Source: a virus (Duplodnaviria; Caudoviricetes). From it: a stretch of DNA of 39,210 nucleotides. Positions within the stretch are counted from its first letter, which is position 1, and every line of letters starts with the position of its first letter. A program made the position numbers and the translations under genes. The notes below the pieces were generated by a model. The model had not been told where the DNA came from. It saw nothing but the letters and a program-made list of their open reading frames with translations, and ran no database searches. Below, one piece after another: positions 33,108 through 39,210 of the stretch. The stretch spans positions 1-39,210 of the IMG/VR virus record IMGVR_UViG_3300048577_000336; one strand, given 5' to 3'.

Positions 33108-33334
33108 CGTTGCCGCGTGGATTGGCCCTGCCGGCGGACTGGTCGATGCTCCCCAGGGAGCAACGACTGCGGCTTTGGCTGCGGGGGCAGGGCATGACCC
33201 TGGCCAGCCTGGCCAGCCGGATGGGGGTGCATAAAAGCGCCCCGGGGAAGTGGCTGGTGAGTTGTTCGGAGCCTTTGCCGGAGAAACGGAGGGCGGCACT
33301 TGTGGCTATGGGGATGCCAAATGATTTATTGTAG
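33104..33334 (+). CDS. XRE/Cro-like helix-turn-helix protein
   Basis: ATG at 33104. LRLWLRGQGMTLASLASRMGVHKSAPGKWL is an HTH motif. Confidence 0.7.
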   Translation: MTLPRGLALPADWSMLPREQRLRLWLRGQGMTLASLASRMGVHKSAPGKWLVSCSEPLPEKRRAALVAMGMPNDLL

Positions 33335-33349
33335 CCGATCCGATTAAGC

Positions 33350-34102
33350 TTAATGTTTGTGCAGAAGCAGGGCGTGGAGTTCCATAATAGTGAGCCATGG
33401 TTTTTTAGCGTGTATTATGCGATGGCAATTAGCGCAGACAAGAGCTAGGTCTTTTGTCGAAGTTTTTGTGCCAGGCATAAGGCTCATAAGTGGTTTTGTG
33501 TGATGTACTTCGATGCAGCTATTGCCACGTTCGCCATACATATATTCAAAGTTAAAGCCACAGCCTTCGCATTCTAATTTGCCTTTATTTTTTAAAACGG
33601 AAGCTTTTTTTTTAGCGACAAGTTTTCGAGACCTCTCTCTAACCATATGTTGCCGCGCTAAAATCTGCCCTTCGTCAGCTTCAAAAAAATTTTCCATGTC
33701 TTGGAATAATTCGTTTGAGTTTTTATCGCCGAGTTCAATGTTTGCGGCTATTGTCGAAGAAATGCGTTGAAGTTCTTCTCTTCGATTAGCGTATTTTTGC
33801 CACACAATCTCTTCGTCGTGACTGCCTTGTTTTAATCCAAGTTTACCTTGGACAATAAAGTCTGGGTCAAACCGACGAAAATTCATCAATTTCATGTAAA
33901 CGCCTGCAGGATTTCGAAATGTATCGTTGTGTTTGCCTAGTAAGTCACCCAATTTGTTTAAGAGTAAAGAGAGATCTAGGATTTCTGGATCGTTCTTCCT
34001 TGGTGCTGTCCCTCTGTGCTTCATGTAGAGATTTAGAGCAAGAATGAGTTCGTCACGAGACCAGGTAGGGTTCTTGAGTGTTTTTTTAAAATTATTTTGC
34101 AT
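33350..34102 (-). CDS. HNH endonuclease (McrA-like)
   Basis: WSRDELILAL...VYMKLMNF N-terminal domain, then EG...RERS...CEGCGFNF...IEVHH..P...VCANCHRIIH. AT-rich. Confidence 0.88.
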   Translation of the reverse strand: MQNNFKKTLKNPTWSRDELILALNLYMKHRGTAPRKNDPEILDLSLLLNKLGDLLGKHNDTFRNPAGVYMKLMNFRRFDPDFIVQGKLGLKQGSHDEEIVWQKYANRREELQRISSTIAANIELGDKNSNELFQDMENFFEADEGQILARQHMVRERSRKLVAKKKASVLKNKGKLECEGCGFNFEYMYGERGNSCIEVHHTKPLMSLMPGTKTSTKDLALVCANCHRIIHAKKPWLTIMELHALLLHKH

Positions 34103-34171
34103 GTCGTATATGTGTGGTTATTCTTTGAAGTTAAATTTAATGATTCAAGAAGAAAGCAAGGTGAAGCACAC

Positions 34172-35185
34172 CTAACGGCCTTGACTTTCCAGGGGCAGAA
34201 GGTCCCAGAATATCGGTTCACGGTCCATCAGCATCTGAGCAGATAGGCACTCCACAACGGAAAGATCAGAGCGAAATCGCACTTCGCTGACGCCGTCTGG
34301 TAAATTACTGCGGATAGCTGGTAATTCTGCGAGATCAAAGAATTTGAGTGATGATTCCGCGAGCTTTGCATCGAAGGTCACTTCTAGGGCTTCATTGAGA
34401 CTTGAGCCCAACGTGGATGCCGTAACCTCGTGTAGCTTAAAAACAAGATCCGGGTTGGAGGCAACATCTGAAGCGATCCCGGCAATTATTTTGCGCATGC
34501 TTAAGCCGTTTGATACGCGCTCTGCGAACAGTGAAGCTGCGACGGCGATGGTGCCAGGTGGCGGATTGCATTGCTCGTAGGAGAAGACGTGCGAACGCTG
34601 GCGTTTGCTAGTTGCTTTTACATCAAGTCTGACGTCACCATCGACAAAATCAAAACGGGCGGTCTCGTCCGCACGCCAAGCGGACAGTGTCCTGATGGGG
34701 TTTGAACTGCGAAAGATCAGAAACAATTCCCCGAATAGACCTTGAACGGTCCGGGTAGGCGGTTTTTGAGCTTTCTGAAAAATCGAGGCGAGCCGGTGCA
34801 CGGCGAGTGATACGGTCGCCTGGTCCGGCTCATCACCCGCCATGCGCAGAACTGTTTCGCATACTGAAAGGAAGTAGCGAATGGTTTCTGTGTCGTGGGC
34901 GCGGCAGCGAATGACGGTGAAGTATCCTTCCTTCCGAACCTGCCCCCAGGTCAGGTGGCAAGGCAAATCAAATTGAACATCGATGCTTTCAAGACGGATT
35001 GGCGATGGCTGGCGTCGTTTCTGGTTAATCGTTGCGACTAGAAGGCAAGCACGCTCCTCGTTATCTTTGCCGACGTAGTAGCTCTGATAGCCGAGAACCG
35101 GCAACACCGCGTAGAGCGGCTTGTTTGCATTGGTAACGACAGGAGCGACAATCGTCTCAAATAATGTTTCAAGCGAACCAGTCAT
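34172..35185 (-). CDS. PD-(D/E)XK motif protein (DUF4420-like)
   Basis: QGLFGEL...W.....FDF......DVKAT...R.H.FS.EQ pattern. Directly downstream of the Z1 gene. Confidence 0.82.
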   Translation of the reverse strand: MTGSLETLFETIVAPVVTNANKPLYAVLPVLGYQSYYVGKDNEERACLLVATINQKRRQPSPIRLESIDVQFDLPCHLTWGQVRKEGYFTVIRCRAHDTETIRYFLSVCETVLRMAGDEPDQATVSLAVHRLASIFQKAQKPPTRTVQGLFGELFLIFRSSNPIRTLSAWRADETARFDFVDGDVRLDVKATSKRQRSHVFSYEQCNPPPGTIAVAASLFAERVSNGLSMRKIIAGIASDVASNPDLVFKLHEVTASTLGSSLNEALEVTFDAKLAESSLKFFDLAELPAIRSNLPDGVSEVRFRSDLSVVECLSAQMLMDREPIFWDLLPLESQGR

Positions 35186-35193
35186 CCGTCGCC

Positions 35194-37410
35194 CTAAGCA
35201 GGCTGGTCCTGGCTAATCCATGCACGCGCAAGCCGAGCCGGAATCCAGACGGCGATAACAGGCACGTTTTCCATGATGACAGCGCCGTCCTGCGTGAGAT
35301 CTAGGGTGTGAATTTGCACCGTCACTGTATCTTGATCACGAAGCGCGCGGTCTCCGGGATATATATCACCACGTCGTTCAGGCGGGTGAACAGGAGATTC
35401 ACCTTGAAAGAGATTAGTTACTTCGCCATTATCATCGACGCCGCGCTGACGTCTTACGGCAGGACTCATCCGGTAGATGGTGCAAGGCTCGTCAGGGTCT
35501 TTTTCGAGCGCTCTGCTGAGTTGAAGAAGCAGGCCGGTGTTGCGCTGCGAATCGGTGTTCCCAGTGATCCGGAGGCGCACGAGTAGTTGCTCCATGACTT
35601 CTTGCAACGGGACATCGCGGCAGATTTCATGGCGCTGAGCATCAGTGCGCTCAGAATGGCCTTCGTCAGGCGAAAACTGTCGCTGGCCTTCAAACCCTGC
35701 TACGATCTCGCGGTTCATCTGATGGACGGCATGAGAAGCAAGCACGACGCGCGGTGAAACCCAGGTATCAGAGAAGCGTCCGCGCATGTAGTCGAATTCA
35801 AGCACCTGCTGACGGCATGGACGTAAGGCTCTGTCAAGTAAAAAGGCTCGTTTCCATTCGTCAAGTGGCCTGCCTGACTCTTGAAATGTTGTAAGTTGGC
35901 CGCGAATATCCTCTTCATGTTCAACATAGTTCTGGAAAGCACTTAATGTGCCTTGCTCAAGGTAGAGACGGCAAAAGCCAAGGTATGGCCTCTTGTATCC
36001 AAAGAAGCGTGCGCGCTGTTGTATAGTATCGGCATTCCCAGTGCCAATCCCTCTTGGCATATAGGTGACTGTCAGTCCTTCAATGGTAAATCCTCTATCC
36101 ATGGCCTGCCCACCAACTAGAATCCAGCCGTAAGCGCTTCGCCAATCGACTGGGGGGGTGCGCCCAGCACGTGCGTTAACCTCCAGAACTCGTGTATTAC
36201 GGAATGCAAGAGAGAATGAGGGCACGAGTTCGGCAAATGTCGGCAGAATCTCGCCGGCTGTTCTGGCGAGATCATCATAAGCACCGCGAAGGTCCTCTAT
36301 TAGCTCTGTCTTGTCAGGATCGCCGTCAGGAAGGGTAAGGATCCTTTTCCATTCCTCAAAGATTTCGCGGACCCAGTTATAAAATTCTTGATGTTGGGCC
36401 GTGAGATGTGAGGGATGAACCAGCATCGAACGATTGCCGGTATTGTGGCTCATGCGGATGCCGGCAGTCACGCCAACCATGAAGACACGCAGCGCGCCGA
36501 GCAATGAGTCTGGAGGCTCGCTTAGAGGATTGGATCGGAGAGGAACATCCTGCGGAGGAATGACACGCACGTAATTGAGATTGCTGGCAAAGAATTCACG
36601 CCCCCCGACATAGGCCTCGCCTGGTTCAAGAACTTGAACGAAGTTGGGTGAGAGCGAGTCAATGATGCTTACGAGTAACGGTGCTTGAGGTGTTGCTGTG
36701 TACTGCAGGTAACTGTGGTTGAGAAGCGCCTGGCGAAGTGCCATCAAACAGCGATAAGTTGTGCTTTCCTGTCCTTGAGCGACCTCAGTATTAAGGCTTG
36801 CCTGGTCGGCCTCATCATCAATGACCAGCACGGGAACTCCCTGCAAATCGAGCGTTTTGGCCAAGTTTGTTAGATTTTGCAAGCGGCGATGATGCTTCAA
36901 AACGGTAATAAGAACTGTCTTTTTGTATTCATCAGGCGTGCCTGGATCACGCCAGTCATTTATGACATCTCGGATGGCCTGAACTATCGAATCGTCATTG
37001 GTTGGATTTTGAAACTGAATCCATTGTCTTGCTTGATTCGGATCATCAAGCCCGAAATCTCGGCGTAGCCGCCCAACCGACTGCTCGAGAAGGGGGTTGG
37101 ATACGCCGGCAACGACAATAACAATCTGATAGCCGTTTTCACGCGCGAGTACGGCCACAGTCTCAAACGACATTGTCTTGCCGCTTTGAACATATCCGAC
37201 GATCAGCCCTGTTTCCTGGCCAGTTGCTGCTGTGGGCGGCGTCCCTTTTGCTAAGATTGAAACAGCAGCATCCAGGACTGTATGACGACTTTCGGCAGGC
37301 ACCTTCTTCGTCAGAAAATCGACCGTCTCGGGGCCGGCTTCTGGCGACCAGTTGCCCTGACCAACTTGATTAGATGCTGGCTCTACGATAATCGGACCGT
37401 CATCGGACAT
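35194..37410 (-). CDS. Z1 domain-containing protein (SF2 helicase-like N-terminus)
   Basis: GYVQSGKT, IDDEADQASLNT, YTATPQA, SMLVHPS, VGGQAMDRGFTIEGLTVTY and DTIQQRARFFGY are Z1-family motifs. Confidence 0.9.
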   Translation of the reverse strand: MSDDGPIIVEPASNQVGQGNWSPEAGPETVDFLTKKVPAESRHTVLDAAVSILAKGTPPTAATGQETGLIVGYVQSGKTMSFETVAVLARENGYQIVIVVAGVSNPLLEQSVGRLRRDFGLDDPNQARQWIQFQNPTNDDSIVQAIRDVINDWRDPGTPDEYKKTVLITVLKHHRRLQNLTNLAKTLDLQGVPVLVIDDEADQASLNTEVAQGQESTTYRCLMALRQALLNHSYLQYTATPQAPLLVSIIDSLSPNFVQVLEPGEAYVGGREFFASNLNYVRVIPPQDVPLRSNPLSEPPDSLLGALRVFMVGVTAGIRMSHNTGNRSMLVHPSHLTAQHQEFYNWVREIFEEWKRILTLPDGDPDKTELIEDLRGAYDDLARTAGEILPTFAELVPSFSLAFRNTRVLEVNARAGRTPPVDWRSAYGWILVGGQAMDRGFTIEGLTVTYMPRGIGTGNADTIQQRARFFGYKRPYLGFCRLYLEQGTLSAFQNYVEHEEDIRGQLTTFQESGRPLDEWKRAFLLDRALRPCRQQVLEFDYMRGRFSDTWVSPRVVLASHAVHQMNREIVAGFEGQRQFSPDEGHSERTDAQRHEICRDVPLQEVMEQLLVRLRITGNTDSQRNTGLLLQLSRALEKDPDEPCTIYRMSPAVRRQRGVDDNGEVTNLFQGESPVHPPERRGDIYPGDRALRDQDTVTVQIHTLDLTQDGAVIMENVPVIAVWIPARLARAWISQDQPA

Positions 37411-37426
37411 ACTGGCGTTCTCCCGG

Positions 37427-38956
37427 TCATGGCTCTGAAAGAGCGTCTCTTAGAATGTCGTTGACATTACGTCGCACCGTTCCCGCTTTTCGAACTCCAG
37501 AATCGCGAGCTAGTACTTCTGCCAATGCAATGGCCGAAGCTATCCGCAGTAGGCCCTCGACATCCTCTCGGTCAGTCTGGGCAAAACGCACCATGAATGG
37601 GTGCGCCATGGAAACGCGAATGCTGAGACGGCGTGGATTAGTGAGAGTTTCAGTGCTCTCACTTATCAACAGCCACTGGCTCTCGGCTGGGTCGTTACTT
37701 AACGCTACGCGGATTGACCAATTCTTGTCGTGGAAGCGAATATCGAACTGCCGATCGGCCAGAAGTGCGGTCGCGGGGGATTCCTCCTCGGGCGTATCGA
37801 CTGTTCCGGCAGCGGCAATCGCAGGTAGTGCAGTTGGCAGGCGTGTGGCCATGGCACGGGTGGTGTTGGTGACTGCCTGCCTGGCAATGGCCTGAAGCTG
37901 AACTCGAGCCACACGAGCACGATAACCTTCTGCCTGCTTGAGCAACGGGATTTCACCGTCATCAAGATATTCGCGTAAGAGTTCCAGAAACGGCTGCTCG
38001 TTTTCATCCCATCGAAAGCCGTCTTTGGTATGACTGACCTCAAATCCATCGAGATGTAGCTCACCAAATAATCTTTGATAGCGGTAACTGTTAGAGCTTC
38101 CGAAAATATAGTCAGGCCGGTATCCTTCGTCACCTGTGCCTTGAATCACGCGCCCCCGTCGAAAAAGCGAGAATCCGGCCTTCGCTGTGTTTGCCGTTTC
38201 ACGTAGGGCCGCAAAGCCATGCACTGATAGCCCTTCACCAAAATCAAACTCAATGTCCTTTCGCCAAAGCCGGTCTGGACCTGCCTTGTCTCTGAAGAAG
38301 GGGGCACTTAGGACCTTCGGTTCGCGGTAGCTTAGCGCCTCGCCATTGAAGCGTAGCTCAAGCAGCCCAGTGCGAATAAATTCCCGGTAGATATCCGTCA
38401 GATGCTCTTTGAGCTTCGTGATCGTACGGCCAACCGGAACGTGAAAGATATCCTCAAGAGTGATCTCAGTAAAATGGGTTTCAGATTTTTCTTGAGCCTC
38501 TGCGATTGCGAGTTCCTTAATGTCATCATTGACGATACGGGCTATATCAAATCGGATGGTGCGGCAGATAGGTTCGCCAAACGCCGAGGTTCGAACGCCC
38601 CATCTCGGTGCGAACCAGCATGCGGCGCTTTTCATGCCCATGCCGAATTCTGCGAGCCCGCTCCGATCCGGCGGGATGGCAGCTGGCCTGAAGGCTCTTC
38701 CGAGTTCTGATTCAAAGATGCCAGCAGCGTTATCCTTGATGGAGATACGAGCAGGCGCGGCGGTGTCGATGTCGATATCGACACGGAGCTTGAGCATACC
38801 CGAATGAGTTGCCTCCAGTGCTGCGCGATGTTTGATAAAACTCTCAACAGCGTTGTCGACAAACTCGCCAAGCGCAAACCAGGGCTTGTAGTTGAGATGA
38901 CGCAAAACGGCCAGAACACTGACGCCAGGTCGTATGTCAACTGTTCTGGGTGCCAA
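37427..38956 (-). CDS. MORC/GHKL-type ATPase (HATPase_c-like)
   Basis: ALGEFVDNA, IKDNAAGI, FGMGMKSA and HFTEI are GHKL motifs. TTG start after AGGAGG. Confidence 0.88.
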   Translation of the reverse strand: MAPRTVDIRPGVSVLAVLRHLNYKPWFALGEFVDNAVESFIKHRAALEATHSGMLKLRVDIDIDTAAPARISIKDNAAGIFESELGRAFRPAAIPPDRSGLAEFGMGMKSAACWFAPRWGVRTSAFGEPICRTIRFDIARIVNDDIKELAIAEAQEKSETHFTEITLEDIFHVPVGRTITKLKEHLTDIYREFIRTGLLELRFNGEALSYREPKVLSAPFFRDKAGPDRLWRKDIEFDFGEGLSVHGFAALRETANTAKAGFSLFRRGRVIQGTGDEGYRPDYIFGSSNSYRYQRLFGELHLDGFEVSHTKDGFRWDENEQPFLELLREYLDDGEIPLLKQAEGYRARVARVQLQAIARQAVTNTTRAMATRLPTALPAIAAAGTVDTPEEESPATALLADRQFDIRFHDKNWSIRVALSNDPAESQWLLISESTETLTNPRRLSIRVSMAHPFMVRFAQTDREDVEGLLRIASAIALAEVLARDSGVRKAGTVRRNVNDILRDALSEP

Positions 38957-38957
38957 T

Positions 38958-39210
38958 CTACATTCCTCCTAATCTACACTCTGCGAGGACAGCGAACTTT
39001 TCAGTCGCCGCCGAGAACCGATTTTCTTCGAGATCAGCGACAGGTGATGAGTCGTCACTCATCAAGAGGTGTCGTGCAATCTCACGGACAACATCAACAT
39101 TGACTGCGTTGCCGAGAGCCTTGAATGCGCTAGATTGTGTCGCCGGCAAGTGAGCCAACCCACCCATGCTTTGTAGGCGACTGCACTCTCTGATCGTCAT
39201 GAATCTTCGT
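38958..39210 (-). CDS. dcm: DNA (cytosine-5) methyltransferase, 3' end (runs out of the window)
   Basis: [15 protein letters not shown] (motif IX) and [11 protein letters not shown] (motif X). Confidence 0.8.
   Translation of the reverse strand, partial: RRFMTIRECSRLQSMGGLAHLPATQSSAFKALGNAVNVDVVREIARHLLMSDDSSPVADLEENRFSAATEKFAVLAECRLGGM

Larger units (their letters stand above)
1..33334 (+). mobile_element. Prophage late/structural region (podovirus-like, N4-gp56-type capsid); left end lies outside the window
   Basis: Contiguous co-oriented holin, portal, scaffold, major capsid, adaptor/tail and ejection genes. No tape-measure or sheath gene recognised. Orientation and composition switch at ~33340. 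No integrase or att site seen, so the right boundary is approximate. Confidence 0.88.
33350..39210 (-). other. Restriction-modification-like defence operon (C5-MTase, MORC, Z1, DUF4420, HNH; Mza-related core)
   Basis: Five co-oriented, closely spaced genes with lower GC than the prophage, convergent on it. Confidence 0.8.

Noticed and set aside
1-39210. tRNA, rRNA, integrase, transposase or att sites
   Set aside because: None recognised by eye. A short att core or tRNA fragment cannot be excluded without a search.

Overview
Two blocks. (1) Positions 1-33334 (+ strand, GC-rich) are the late region of a podovirus-like prophage; composition and the small genes tentatively suggest a Desulfovibrionaceae-type host. 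In order: holin end, portal, epsilon15 gp10-like staple, scaffold, N4-gp56-type major capsid, head/adaptor/tail genes, two ejection-type proteins and a 4283-aa DarB-like polyvalent protein (Rho-N-like repeats, N6-adenine MTase, SNF2 helicase, HExxH peptidase, PLxRFG-like C-terminus), then tail-fibre-type genes and small regulatory genes. (2) Positions 33350-39210 (- strand, lower GC) are a restriction-modification-like defence operon: C5 cytosine MTase (partial), MORC/GHKL ATPase, Z1 protein, DUF4420-type PD-(D/E)XK protein and an HNH nuclease. Best candidate for a novel system: a lower-GC cassette inside the tail module encoding a solitary Cas7/RAMP-like protein (30655-31290). It is followed immediately by a ~150-nt non-coding array of NGY-NN pentamers (24 of 28 are NGY, with single-base slips at 41/41/36-nt spacing). 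This looks like a CRISPR-independent RNA-guided module (VIPR-like). Second highlight: an apparently real 130-aa gene (19546-19938) overprinted in the +1 frame inside the giant ORF. All family assignments come from motif recognition by eye, not database searches.
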